From: a virus | Lineage: Duplodnaviria; Caudoviricetes | Reading direction: 5' to 3' (one strand) | Virus record (IMG/VR): IMGVR_UViG_3300017791_000355 | Location: 32,001-96,000 of that record | Length of the DNA: 64,000 nt | Shown: positions 27,274 to 38,000 of the stretch, piece after piece | How positions within the stretch are numbered: position 1 is the first letter of the stretch | Layout: each line of letters opens with the position of its first letter | The notes under the pieces: generated by a model | The model's input: the letters and a program-made list of their open reading frames with translations, nothing else | What the model was told of the DNA's origin: nothing | Database searches by the model: none | Translations under genes and position numbers: made by a program

Positions 27274-28566
27274 ATGTCGAAGCCGCTCAACTTCCCTCAA
27301 TGGTCCACTGATCAGAATTTCACCGGCGGACCCGAGAACGGCACCCCCACGAAGGTCGAGCCGAGCTCGGGAAAGAAGGGGGAGGGGTGGGAGCCGTCAG
27401 AAGAACCCGCACCTCAGAGTCTCAACTGGTGGATGAACAACGTCGGCGAGTGGCAGAAGTACTTCGGGCATCGCGTTGGGCGCGTCACCGATCTGTCCAC
27501 CAACTGGTGGTGGTTGTTCCAGCGCGTTTCGCCCGGCGCCGGAGTCATCATCCCTGGATCAGCCGCGAAATGCGACGGCGATCCTCTCGATACGGGGGCG
27601 CCCACCTACGTGAACAGTGCCTGGACGATGGGCACCTCGACCAAGGTTCTCTACTATCCGGTTCAGGTGCTGGTCGGCAGCGTGTTGACGGGGTGGAAAC
27701 TCTACCTGCGCAAGACTTCCGCGACAGGCACGCTGACGGCGCAGCTGTTTCGCAGGAACATGACCACCGGCACTGAGACCGCGATCGGTAGCACGGACAC
27801 AGACAGCACCAACAATCCCGGCTTCATCACGCTCGACCACACGCTCACGACGCCATACAAGGTCCAGAACAGCCAAGAAGAGTACTACTTGAAGTTCACG
27901 CCGTCGGGCGTGACCGGAGACTTCGCGGCCGGAGCACAAGTTCTCAACTACGTTGACTTGACGCCGTGGACTACTTTGACGGCGGGTGGCGGAACGGTCA
28001 CTACGACGGTGCTCTCGACGGTCATCGGTGGAGGTATCGCCGCCGTACTCGATGTTCCGGCGAACACTGACCTAGCGTCTGTGATTGTCAGAACCGAATT
28101 GCGCATGGCGCCGTGCGATTCGAAGACCGTGCACCTCATGGAGTGGGAGTGCGACACCACGGAGTTGGTCGGCACGCCAGGGCTCACGTTCGCTGCCGGC
28201 TTCTCCAACGGCGGGGCAGTCACCGACGCGGTCTCGGTCGAGAAGACCAGCGCGTCGGCGAACTACTTCCTGCGAACCACGAACGGCACTGGCCCGACGA
28301 CGACGAACACCAACACCAACGTCGCGGCGGCCTCGGGCGTCACGCGCTTCACGCTGCTGTGGTTCGGGTCTGCGGTCGACAGCGGCGGTCAGCGCGCGGA
28401 GCTGTACATCAACGGTGCGCTCGTCGCGACTAACACGACGAACATGCCGAGCGGCGTGATCGATTTCAGTCCGACCATCGGTCTGCTGTCTACAGGCGCC
28501 ACTACCTCGACGATGCACGTCTCACCGCTGCGCTACCTCAGCGTGCGCTACCTGTTCGGGGACTAG
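27274..28566 (+). CDS. tail fibre protein
   Basis: N-term KVEPSSGKKGEGW...PQSLNWW; last tail gene. Confidence 0.75.
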   Translation: MSKPLNFPQWSTDQNFTGGPENGTPTKVEPSSGKKGEGWEPSEEPAPQSLNWWMNNVGEWQKYFGHRVGRVTDLSTNWWWLFQRVSPGAGVIIPGSAAKCDGDPLDTGAPTYVNSAWTMGTSTKVLYYPVQVLVGSVLTGWKLYLRKTSATGTLTAQLFRRNMTTGTETAIGSTDTDSTNNPGFITLDHTLTTPYKVQNSQEEYYLKFTPSGVTGDFAAGAQVLNYVDLTPWTTLTAGGGTVTTTVLSTVIGGGIAAVLDVPANTDLASVIVRTELRMAPCDSKTVHLMEWECDTTELVGTPGLTFAAGFSNGGAVTDAVSVEKTSASANYFLRTTNGTGPTTTNTNTNVAAASGVTRFTLLWFGSAVDSGGQRAELYINGALVATNTTNMPSGVIDFSPTIGLLSTGATTSTMHVSPLRYLSVRYLFGD

Positions 28567-29075
28567 CGCGCCCCGCAGTCCAGCGAGTCGCGCGCGTCGA
28601 GCGCGTCCAGGTACGAGGGCTCGCCCGTGCTCGGGTAGGCGTTCATGACGGAGCTCTGTAGGTTCGAGTGAGGGAGGCCCATCGCGTGTCCGAGCTCGTG
28701 CACGAGCATCCCGACCATGAATCTACCGGCGTCGCCGGTGTCGTCGGTCGTGGTGCCTGGCTGACGGATCTTGATGACACCGTCGTAGTCGTACGTGCCC
28801 ATCTCCCAGGTGTCCTCGTGCCACTGTGCGTTCGGAACGAGCACCACGTTGTGTCCGTCGTCGAGCTCGGGCTGTCCAGGTAGTGCGTGTAGAAAGGCGG
28901 GCGCGTCGCAGTGGACGTCCCGCAGACGGTTGTTCCAGACGTCGGCGGCCGCGTGGACCACGCGAGGCCACCAGGTCATCGACTCGTCGGCTGCGACCGC
29001 GCGCAGCGGGGCAGGGAAGTCACTCCAAGGAGACGGGGTGCACGCGGTCAACACAGTCAGCACGAGCAGTCGCAT
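28563..29075 (-). CDS. matrixin/M10-like zinc metalloprotease lipoprotein
   Basis: Lipobox LTAC; HELGHAMGLPH and Met-turn SSVM. Confidence 0.85.
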   Translation of the reverse strand: MRLLVLTVLTACTPSPWSDFPAPLRAVAADESMTWWPRVVHAAADVWNNRLRDVHCDAPAFLHALPGQPELDDGHNVVLVPNAQWHEDTWEMGTYDYDGVIKIRQPGTTTDDTGDAGRFMVGMLVHELGHAMGLPHSNLQSSVMNAYPSTGEPSYLDALDARDSLDCGAR

Positions 29076-29167
29076 TTTTGCCCATCATGGATCCCCGCAT
29101 CCGCGTTGTCCACTGTAATTTCACGGGAATTTGATCCCTGGACTGGCGCTCCGGACGCTGGGCAGGA

Positions 29168-29183
29168 TGCAATAGGTGCGCCA
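29168..29183 (-). promoter_or_regulatory. sigma54-like -24/-12 site
   Basis: Minus TGGCGCA-CCTA-TTGCA, about 90 nt upstream of the metalloprotease gene. Confidence 0.55.
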
Positions 29184-29195
29184 TAGTCCCTGGAC

Positions 29196-29360
29196 GTGGC
29201 GGAAGACCCCGACAAGATTGCCGAGAACCGCAAGAAGTGGCGTCGCCGAGCGCTCGTCGCCGGCGTACTCCTCGGGTTTGCCTGCCACCTCCTGCCACAC
29301 GACTACCAGGCGCCGTGCAAGACGATCGCCAAGGTGTGTTCGGGTGGGCTGATCCCGTGA
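29196..29360 (+). CDS. small membrane protein (54 aa), lysis cassette
   Basis: GTG directly after CCCTGGAC; basic stretch then one TM segment; below the ORF-track cutoff. Confidence 0.55.
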   Translation: MAEDPDKIAENRKKWRRRALVAGVLLGFACHLLPHDYQAPCKTIAKVCSGGLIP

Positions 29361-29398
29361 TCTCGCGACTCCGATCGATCTCCAGAAGGAATCTACAC

Positions 29399-29998
29399 AT
29401 GAAGCGTGCGTACACAGCCCTCTCTATCCTCGGCCTCACCCTGGTCTCCTTCACCGCGACCGCGTTCGCGGCCGGCGCGGTGGCACCTGATGGTTCCTCG
29501 GCGCTCGCCGACTACTTCTCCGCGATCGTCGACGCCGTCAAGCACGGTCAGTGGGCTCTCGCGGGCTCCGTCTCGGTCGTGCTGCTGATGGCGGCCGCGA
29601 AGAAGTACCTGCCCGACAGCCTCGGCGGGCGCTTCGTCCGCGGCGACGGGCTCGGCGGCGTGCTCTCGACCTTCGTGCTCTCGTTCGCCGGCTCGCTCGC
29701 GATCGCCCTCGCGCCGACCGGCGCGACGGTCAGCATGGCGATGGTCTACGCGGCCTCGAAGTTCGCCCTGGTCGCGATTGGCGGCTACGTCGCCCTGCAC
29801 AAGCTGGCGAGCGCGCTCGTCTCGACGCACTGGTGGGCCGACCACGCGCCCGCATGGCTCAAGTCGGGTGTGTCTCTGCTCCTCGCGCTGATCGGCTCGA
29901 CCGCGGTCGCGAAGGCGGAGAAGGCCGGCGAAGAGGCCGTGAAGGCGAACCCGCCCGCGGGCGCCGCTGGCCCGGCCGGCGAACCCTCGAGCATCTAG
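29399..29998 (+). CDS. multi-TM holin-like protein
   Basis: RBS AAGGA; 4-5 hydrophobic segments; after the tail genes. Confidence 0.6.
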   Translation: MKRAYTALSILGLTLVSFTATAFAAGAVAPDGSSALADYFSAIVDAVKHGQWALAGSVSVVLLMAAAKKYLPDSLGGRFVRGDGLGGVLSTFVLSFAGSLAIALAPTGATVSMAMVYAASKFALVAIGGYVALHKLASALVSTHWWADHAPAWLKSGVSLLLALIGSTAVAKAEKAGEEAVKANPPAGAAGPAGEPSSI

Positions 29999-30004
29999 GT
30001 CGCC

Positions 30005-30376
30005 GTGACTCGCCGCTTGGCAGTCGCGCTCACCGCAGCGCTCACAATCACCGCGCCGAGCGTCGCGCTCGGCGATCCCGAGCCCCTGCCGACCGAGCAC
30101 GTTGTCGTGCGCACCGAAGGTGCAACGGTCGTCGTGCCTGGTGAGCCGAGTCCGCGCATCTTCGGCCTCCCCGTAGGCTCGCACCTCCTCACCCCGCCGT
30201 CGTGGGAGCGCCTGGACGTCGAGTTCAAGCGGCTGCAGGAAGCAGAAACGCGGTTGAGGGCGGAGAACGACTCGTTCCGCAAGACCGCCGCTTCTTGGCA
30301 GCCCGGCTGGAAGATCCTCCTGACCACGCTCGTCGTCGGCGTCGCCGGTGGCGTCTACCTGGGCACGAGATTCTAG
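30005..30376 (+). CDS. spanin-like membrane protein
   Basis: Signal peptide, coiled coil, C-terminal TM. Confidence 0.45.
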   Translation: MTRRLAVALTAALTITAPSVALGDPEPLPTEHVVVRTEGATVVVPGEPSPRIFGLPVGSHLLTPPSWERLDVEFKRLQEAETRLRAENDSFRKTAASWQPGWKILLTTLVVGVAGGVYLGTRF

Positions 30377-30416
30377 GAGCGGAAGCGCGGCGTTGAGCCC
30401 GGAGTTTTTCAGGACG

Positions 30417-31799
30417 ATGGAGCAGTCCTCAGACGCGACCTCGACCTACCTGAAGACGTGTAGCAACTGCGAGCGCACGCTTCCGGAAGACGACTTCCAA
30501 CCGCGGCGGGATTCCCCGGACGGACGTCGAGGGACGTGTCGAGAGTGCGAGCGCGAGTACCGGCGAACGAGGTCGCTGCTCGACCAGGACGAGGCGCTCC
30601 TCCGAATGATCGAGGAGGGCGGGGAGTCGATGCTGTCGTTCGCGTTGCCGCTCGAGCGCGCGAGCGCCGAGTCGCTCCTCCGACTCGGCAGCGTGGTCCA
30701 GGCCGCTCTCGAGCTCCAACTCGACCCGCGACAGCTTCGAGCGCACCTCAGCGAGCTCCAGCGCCGCGCCGCCACGCGAGGCTGGTCGCCGACGAGTGAC
30801 ATGACCAAGACGACGCCGCCCGGCTACCACGTCAAGGGCGTGTCGACGTACTACAAGATCGATCCGGACACCGGCGAGTCGCGCCCGTCGGGTCAGTGGG
30901 TGAAGACCAAGCGTGACGAGGAGAGCCGGTTCGAGGCGATGCTCGACGCGCTCTCGGCCGTCGCCGAGCCCCTCCGCGGGTTGGCGGATCCGATCACCCC
31001 TCGCGCGGTTCACGACGCGGACCTGCTCTGCGTCTACCCGATGGGCGACCCTCACGTGGGCCTGATGGCGTGGCCTGCGGAGACTGGCAACGCGTTCGAC
31101 CTGCGCATCGCCGAGGACAGTCTCTTCGCGGCCGTCGACCACTTGGTGAACCTCGCGCCTCCCGCCGCGAACGCGCTCATCATGAACCTCGGCGACTTCT
31201 TCCACGCCGATAACAAGAAGAACGAGACCACCAAAGGCACGCCCGTCGACGTCGACAGTCGCTGGCCGAAGGTGCTCGCGACCGGCATCCGCGTGATGCG
31301 CCGCCTGATCGACCGCGCGCTCGAGAAGCACGCACACGTCACCGTCATCAACGAGATCGGCAACCACGACGACCACTCGTCGATCATGCTGTCGATCGCT
31401 CTCGCGCAGTTCTACGAGCGCGAGCCTCGCGTCACGATCGACACTTCGCCCGAGCCGTTCCACTGGTACCGCTTCGGCAAGGTCCTCATCGGCGTTCACC
31501 ACGGCGACAAGACCAAGCCGATGGACCTGCTCGGCGTGATGGCCTGCGATCGCGCGCAGGACTGGGGCGAGACCGAGCACCGCTACTGGTACATCGGCCA
31601 CGTCCACCACGACACGCTCAAGGAGCTCCCCGGCGTCACCGTCGAGTCGTTCCGCACGCTCGCGGGACGCGACGCCTGGCACCACGGCCAGGGCTACCGC
31701 GCTGGTCGCGACATGAAGCTCGACGTCGTCCACCGACTCCACGGCAAGATCAATCGTCACATCGTCGGCATCGGTCAGCTGCTCGCGCTCGCTGCCTAG
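30417..31799 (+). CDS. Zn-finger plus calcineurin-like metallophosphoesterase
   Basis: CxxC..CxxC; GDPHVG, GDFFH, GNHD, HHGD, GHVHH. Confidence 0.85.
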   Translation: MEQSSDATSTYLKTCSNCERTLPEDDFQPRRDSPDGRRGTCRECEREYRRTRSLLDQDEALLRMIEEGGESMLSFALPLERASAESLLRLGSVVQAALELQLDPRQLRAHLSELQRRAATRGWSPTSDMTKTTPPGYHVKGVSTYYKIDPDTGESRPSGQWVKTKRDEESRFEAMLDALSAVAEPLRGLADPITPRAVHDADLLCVYPMGDPHVGLMAWPAETGNAFDLRIAEDSLFAAVDHLVNLAPPAANALIMNLGDFFHADNKKNETTKGTPVDVDSRWPKVLATGIRVMRRLIDRALEKHAHVTVINEIGNHDDHSSIMLSIALAQFYEREPRVTIDTSPEPFHWYRFGKVLIGVHHGDKTKPMDLLGVMACDRAQDWGETEHRYWYIGHVHHDTLKELPGVTVESFRTLAGRDAWHHGQGYRAGRDMKLDVVHRLHGKINRHIVGIGQLLALAA

Positions 31800-31819
31800 T
31801 CACGTTCTCGGAGAACAGC

Positions 31820-33574
31820 ATGTATCAGCCCACAGGGTTCGCGCTCGACATCTTCCGCGCGCGTCACGCAGCACACGAGAACGAGACCTGGGAGGAGGGC
31901 TGCGACCGTGTCGCGGTACACGTCTCGAATGCCGAGTCTGGAGAAGCTCGAGCGGAGTGGCGCGACAAGTTCGCCGACGTGCTCAAGCAGAACCTCTTCA
32001 TGCCCGGCGGTCGCATTTGGTACGGTTCGGGACGGGCGCGAGGCAATCTTCTGAACTGCTACGTCATCCCGACCGCGGACAGTCGTGAGGGTTGGGGCAA
32101 GACGGTCAGCGACACGATCATCATCTCCGGTACTGGCGGTGGCGTCGGGATCAATTTCTCGCCGTCTCGCCCGCGCGGGTCCGCGATCCGCGGGACCGGC
32201 GGTGTGTCGACGGGCGCGGTCTCAGAGATGGAGATGGTCAACTCGGTCGGCAACGTCATCAAGGCCGGCGGTGGACGCCGCGTCGCGTTGATGTTCGCGC
32301 TCTCGCTCGGCCACGGCGACGTCCTCGAGTTCCTGGACAAGAAGCTCGACCGTAACGAGCTCAACAACGCGAACGTGTCGGTAGTGTTCGACGACGATCC
32401 GGAGGACTTCTTCGAGCTCGTCCGGACCGGCGGGGACTTCCCGCTCGTACACCAAGGGCGCCAGGTCGGCTCGATCCCGGCCAGGGACCTGTGGCAACGC
32501 ATCGTCGAGAACGCGATCAAGCCTCGCGAGGGTGGGGGAGGTGGCGAGCCAGGTCTACTCAACGGGTACCTCGCGAACAAGATGTCGAACATCTGGTATG
32601 TCGAGCCCCTGACCTGCACCAATCCATGCGGCGAGATCTGGATGTCGCCGTATGACTGCTGCTGCCTCGGCGCACTCGTGCTCCCACGCTTCGTCAAGAA
32701 CGGGAAGGTTCAGTGGGAGCTCCTCCGCGACGTCGTCGCGACCGGCGTGCGGTTCCTCGACGACGTACTCACGGTGAATCAGTACCCGCTCCCGGAGATC
32801 CAGGCGAAGTGCTCGCAGCTCAGGCGCATCGGCCTGGGCATCACGGGTCTTCACCACATGCTGCTCGAGCTCGGGCTCGCGTACAACTCGCCCGAGGGTC
32901 TCGAGTTCGTCGACAAGCTGATGGGATTCATCAAGAACGAGTCGTACTCGGCCTCGGCCGACCTCGCCGAGGAGAAGGGGTCGTTCCCGGCGTTCGACGT
33001 CGAGAAGTACCTCAAGGGCGCGTTCGTGAAGTCGCTGAAGCCGACGATCCGCGCCAAGATCCGCGCGAAGGGAGTCCGCAACTGCGCGAGCAACACGATC
33101 GCGCCGACCGGCACGATCTCGATCGTGTCCGACTGCAGCTCCGGCATCGAGACCATCTTCGCGGTCGCGCACAAGCGACGGTACCGGAAGGGTGACGCGC
33201 TCGCCGAGGAGATCGTCGTCGACCCAATGTTCGCGCGGTTCGAGGCCGAGGGTAGGGACACGTCGCACTTCCTCGGCGCGCACGAGGTAACGATTCGCGA
33301 TCACCTGGAGATGCAGCGGGTCTGCCAGAGGCACATCGACAACGCGGTCAGCAAGACGATCAACGTGCCTCAGGGTGCCTCGATCGAGGAGATGAGCGAG
33401 CTCTACATGGAGTTCCTCCCGGAGTTGAAGGGCGTCACCGTGTACCCGGACGGCTCGCGCGAGGATCAGCCCCTGACCCCACTGTCGCGTGAGGAAGCGC
33501 TCGCGCTGGTCGGGGCTGCGTCTGCCGAGTCGACCGGTTCCGATCGGTGCCGGTCCGGCTCCTGCGATCTGTAG
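31820..33574 (+). CDS. nrdJ: class II (B12-dependent) ribonucleotide reductase
   Basis: PGGR, NC, TNPCGE, IAPTGTIS, VSKTIN, C-terminal CRSGSC; no beta subunit nearby. Confidence 0.9.
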   Translation: MYQPTGFALDIFRARHAAHENETWEEGCDRVAVHVSNAESGEARAEWRDKFADVLKQNLFMPGGRIWYGSGRARGNLLNCYVIPTADSREGWGKTVSDTIIISGTGGGVGINFSPSRPRGSAIRGTGGVSTGAVSEMEMVNSVGNVIKAGGGRRVALMFALSLGHGDVLEFLDKKLDRNELNNANVSVVFDDDPEDFFELVRTGGDFPLVHQGRQVGSIPARDLWQRIVENAIKPREGGGGGEPGLLNGYLANKMSNIWYVEPLTCTNPCGEIWMSPYDCCCLGALVLPRFVKNGKVQWELLRDVVATGVRFLDDVLTVNQYPLPEIQAKCSQLRRIGLGITGLHHMLLELGLAYNSPEGLEFVDKLMGFIKNESYSASADLAEEKGSFPAFDVEKYLKGAFVKSLKPTIRAKIRAKGVRNCASNTIAPTGTISIVSDCSSGIETIFAVAHKRRYRKGDALAEEIVVDPMFARFEAEGRDTSHFLGAHEVTIRDHLEMQRVCQRHIDNAVSKTINVPQGASIEEMSELYMEFLPELKGVTVYPDGSREDQPLTPLSREEALALVGAASAESTGSDRCRSGSCDL

Positions 33575-33653
33575 CGCACTGCGTCCAGGAACAATCGCTG
33601 GACACGCGTCGATTTCTGAAAGCGCGGACGTGGGCGCGGAGTTCTGGCAAGCG

Positions 33654-33839
33654 ATGAGCAAGTACGTACGCGCCGCGCTCCTCTGCGCGGCTCTCGTCGC
33701 GGGTTGCGGGGTGAATCTCCTGGGCAAGTCCGGGACCGGAACCCCGTGCCCTGTCAAGGCACCCCAGTTCACTGGACAGTCGGCCACGGACTCCGGATCG
33801 GCGCCGGGTCCGGGGCAGAAGGAGTGCGTGCAGCGATGA
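33654..33839 (+). CDS. small lipoprotein
   Basis: Lipobox VAGC. Confidence 0.5.
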   Translation: MSKYVRAALLCAALVAGCGVNLLGKSGTGTPCPVKAPQFTGQSATDSGSAPGPGQKECVQR

Positions 33840-34072
33840 TGCTCGCGCAGATCTGGCACGACGTGAAGACGAGCAAGTTCTTCATGCTCGGACTACTCGT
33901 CGGTTCGGTGATTGGAGTGTGCGCGGGACGTCCCTGGACGAGGCAGGTCGTCAATGCCGGGTACTGCATCGGGTTCTACTTTGCAGGGGTTGTCATCGCG
34001 CACCTGCTCATCCTCATCGTCGCGGGTCGCGACGAGTGGCGCGCGTGGCTCCAGAACAGGATTCGTCGATGA
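33836..34072 (+). CDS. small 2-TM membrane protein
   Basis: Overlapping start/stop chain; hydrophobic segments. Confidence 0.5.
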   Translation: MMLAQIWHDVKTSKFFMLGLLVGSVIGVCAGRPWTRQVVNAGYCIGFYFAGVVIAHLLILIVAGRDEWRAWLQNRIRR

Positions 34073-34386
34073 CCCCCGAGCTCGAGAAGCTCCTCGAGGA
34101 CCTCGTGGGCGCGGCGCCGCGCGAGTGTCCCGACGGGCCGTACTGCTGGTGCGCGCTCACGCGGGCCGAGTACTCGAAGAACGGGCGCATCGACTTCCAT
34201 ACTCCACTCGACCGATTCGCGGTGTCGCTCGGACTCACCGAAAAAGAGTCGTACGGGGTCATGAACGGGTGGGACGAGGCCGACGGACGTCGTCCCGCGT
34301 TGGAGTGTCGTGACGGCGAACCGGAGTACGACCGTGGCTACGCGCTCGGCTTCCGACTCTTCCAGAAGTACGGAGCGAAGTCGTGA
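34069..34386 (+). CDS. paralog 1 of the CWCAL/GxMxGWD family
   Basis: Aligned by eye with the three other copies. Confidence 0.75.
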   Translation: MTPELEKLLEDLVGAAPRECPDGPYCWCALTRAEYSKNGRIDFHTPLDRFAVSLGLTEKESYGVMNGWDEADGRRPALECRDGEPEYDRGYALGFRLFQKYGAKS

Positions 34387-34694
34387 CCACCGAGCTTGAG
34401 AAGTTCCTCGAGGAACTGATCGCGTCGACGCTGTCACAGTTACCTGACGACCACAGGTACTGCTGGTGCGCGCTGAGCCGAGCGGAGCACGTGCGAGGAG
34501 TGTTGGCCGACACGCTGACCGACTTCAGCCAGTCGATCGGCCTGACGTTCGCCGAGTATTGCGGGATCATGAGTGGCTGGGACCTCGAACGTGGCGCAGG
34601 AGAGTCCTGCGCTATGTACGGCATGGAATCCGGCCACACCCAGAGGGTCGAGTTCGGCCGTCGCCTCTACCAGAAGTACGGGAGGACGAAGTGA
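34383..34694 (+). CDS. paralog 2 of the CWCAL/GxMxGWD family
   Basis: As above. Confidence 0.75.
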   Translation: MTTELEKFLEELIASTLSQLPDDHRYCWCALSRAEHVRGVLADTLTDFSQSIGLTFAEYCGIMSGWDLERGAGESCAMYGMESGHTQRVEFGRRLYQKYGRTK

Positions 34695-35011
34695 CACCTG
34701 AAGTGGAGAAGCGCCTCGAGGACCTGATCGCGTACACGCCGTCGAAGCCGCCCGATAGCTACCCCTATTGCTGGTGCGCACTGACTCGTGCCCAATATGC
34801 ACTGGGTGTTCACTTCCGCAGGCTCTCTGACTTTGGCCAATCGATCGGCCTGACGTTCGGTGAGTCCTGTGGAATCATGAGTGGCTGGGACCTCGCGAGC
34901 GGCGGACAGGAATCCTGCGCCGTGAAAGACGAGGAGCCGGGCTACGACGAGGGAGTCGAGCTCGGCCGTCGCCTCTACCAGAAGTACGGCTGCACCGAGG
35001 AGTCGAAGTGA
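34691..35011 (+). CDS. paralog 3 of the CWCAL/GxMxGWD family
   Basis: As above; DNA closely similar to paralog 2. Confidence 0.75.
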   Translation: MTPEVEKRLEDLIAYTPSKPPDSYPYCWCALTRAQYALGVHFRRLSDFGQSIGLTFGESCGIMSGWDLASGGQESCAVKDEEPGYDEGVELGRRLYQKYGCTEESK

Positions 35012-38000
35012 ATACTTCCTGCCCTCAAGCGCGGACGATCGGCGAAGTCTGCGGCTGCGAGACGTGCGTCCTGACTCGCCTGATGGCGACGTCGCCGACG
35101 CGGCCGATGGACCCGGCGCAGCTGAGCGCACTCGTCGCGCAATCCCGTACGCGGGAGGACGCGAAGTGATGTCCTCGCTGTGGGTCGTTATTGCCGTCGT
35201 CGGCTACGCCCTCATGACGAGCGTCGCGCTCGCCGTCGTTCGAAGGGTGAAAGGTGTGATCGACGAGGAGGTCACGGTACTCAAGGCGCTCGCGGTGGTC
35301 TGGCCACTAGGTATCGTCATCTTCACGGTGTTCGGGTTGCTCATGCTGCTTGGTCTGTTCGGACAGTGGGTGACGCCCGCGTTTCTAGGTGTCGGCGAGT
35401 GCATCGTCTCGATACCGGGCCGCGTCTACCGCTTCGTCTTGCGTGTCGATCGCAGAGGGCATCCTCGACGAGGTGGTTCGGAGGACGGGGTGTGTGTCGT
35501 GACCTGGTCCTGCTCCCACTGCGGCGACCTCCACCCCGGCCAGGCCCCGAAGGCCGCGTACTTCGCCGGTCATCCCTTCTGCTCCGCGAACTGCGTCGAG
35601 TACTACATGGCGACTCACCCGACTCTGTCACGCGATATCGGGTGGATCAGTCGAACTGATCTCGTGGTCCGCGCAGTCGAGGTCGGGGCACTCAAACCCA
35701 GAACAAGAGGTGAGTCATGATCCGCCGCACGCTCATCACCATGCACAGGAACGCCCTGCGCCTCTTCGCGCACCGTTGGTTCCTCATCGGCTTCGAGATA
35801 TCGGGGGCCGGGTTCCACGGCGAGACCTTCCCAGTGTCGAGCCACAAGGGCGCTCGGGCACTGGTGACGGCGTACTTCAATCGGGTCTGGGACTCCAAGA
35901 CCTCACATCGCTCAGAACAACTGGAACGAAAGGCAGCGTGATGAAGTCCGAGATCGATCGAAAGCACCGCACGACGGATTATGGAAAGGTGGCAGGAGTC
36001 CTCGCTATGGGTTGCACCGTCGCAGCGTTCACCCTGATCGGGATCATGCACTGCTTCGTCGAGGAGCCCGCTCTCGAGCAGAAGCTCCAGCGAGCGCAGT
36101 CCGAGCTTCGGAAGAGCGACCTCGACCTGATCCAGGTCCGCAGCGAGCTCTCGAGGATGCGCGCCCAGCCCGAGTCCGTCTCGACGATGACGGTCCGCGC
36201 GACCGAGATGGCCGGCACCATGATGATGTGCGACGGCGAGCCAGGCGCGGTTCACTGCGCGAAGTACGGCGCAGCGTGGGCGAACTACGAGGGTCCGATC
36301 GTGACCTGCCTTCGCGGGCAGTGCAGGCTGGTGCGCGAGTGACGCCTGAGATCGTGGAGCGCGTGACGCGACTCGCGATGAAGGCGAAGGTCAAGGATCG
36401 CCATCAGTGTGCTCTCGCGAGGGTGCGCGAAAGTCTCGGTCGCGAGCACTGGAGAAAGAGTATGCAGGTGATCGGCATCCACGTCGGACTGACGCAAGTG
36501 GAGTCGTACGGAGTCATGGACGGGTGGGACCACACCGCCACCCAGCACTGTCACTTCCGTTCGATGGTAGATCGGCCAGGATACGCCGAGGGTTACGAAC
36601 TCGGCTGCGCGCTCTACGAGACGCTTGTGGAGTGGCGATGACTCTACCTCGATGCTCCTGCGGTCGCGTTCGAGGCTTCTGCGTCGTCCACCGCGGTCCG
36701 GATCCAGAGTGGCCAGAGTTCCAGGTCCTGTCGGTCGCGCGGGTCTGGGTAGTGATGTGCCTCGCGATCGCCCTCGCGGTGGTCGGAGCGAGGGTGTTGT
36801 GAGTCAGGGTGACGACATCATCTACGGCGTCAGTGTGATCGTCAACGATACCGACACCGGCGAGTTGGACGTCTACGCGTACAAAAACGGCGTCCGCTAC
36901 ACGGAGACGATTCCGCAGACCTCGTCCGACGACGAAGTTCAAGCTGCCATGCGAAGGGTCGCCAACACCGTTCTTGTGGCACCTGCGCGGACGTCGTTCG
37001 ACCGCGTGAAGGACGCGCTGAACAAGATCTACGGTTACGTCGACGACGCGGCCGTGCACGCGGTGATCGCGGCGTACGTGGGATGAGGCCTTCGTGAGTG
37101 AATGGGACTACGAATACGAGGATGAGATGAATGAACTAGCAGCCATCGATACCCTGTCGCGCATCGCGCTCGAGTGGATCGAGCTCGGGGTCCCGGACGA
37201 GGACGCGACCAACGCGAAGGGCACAGTCAACGACCTGCGCGTCGCGCACGGACTCGAGGCGCTCGAGGTCGGGCTCGGCCTCGGCGAGGTCGACGTCTGC
37301 ATGGGTTGCTCGAGCGACCGAGTCGCGGGTCAGTGCCCGAACGCGAAGTGCACGTGGGGCAAGGAAGGCCCTCGACGCGTCGCACGAAGTTACTGTCAGT
37401 ACAGTGTTCCGTTTGGACCGGGCACGCAGAAGTGCGCATGTCACGGGGTAGCGACGGGGGTCCTCGAGGTCGAGGACGAGGACCCCCGACGCGCCGCACT
37501 CAAGCGCGGGCTTCGCCAGTGCACGCGGATAGAACTCGAGCGCCTCCTTCAGTGGATCGAGGACGGCCATCCTATCCTCCTGGACCGGGACGAGGACGGC
37601 GCCGCGAACTACTCGGAGTCGTGGCACGAGTACTGCCCGCTCGCGATCGCGAGGGACCTGCCGTTCCTGTTCGAGCACTACGACGAGGGACCGTCCGATG
37701 AGCGTGTGACGGAGATGCTGAAGCGCGCCGGGCTCGAGATCTTCAACACCCGCGGCATCTCGGGCGAGTTCTACATGACAGACCGCCGACGCGACCTCGA
37801 GATCGCGGTGCGCGAGGTCCTCGAGGAGAAGAGCGCGTGAGCGACCACAAGCGAGAGAATCGTCCGCGGGAGATCGACGAGTGGTACTGCGCCGAGGAGG
37901 GCTGCGAGTTCAACGGGAAGCTCGCACAGCAGGGCGTCTGTTACAGCGCGGATCGTCAATACCAGAACTGGGAGAAGCTGTACGAGGCCTCGAAGGAACA

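Noticed and set aside
23767-28566. Diversity-generating retroelement acting on tail fibres
   Set aside because: No reverse transcriptase and no adenine-specific TR/VR repeat pair seen in the window.
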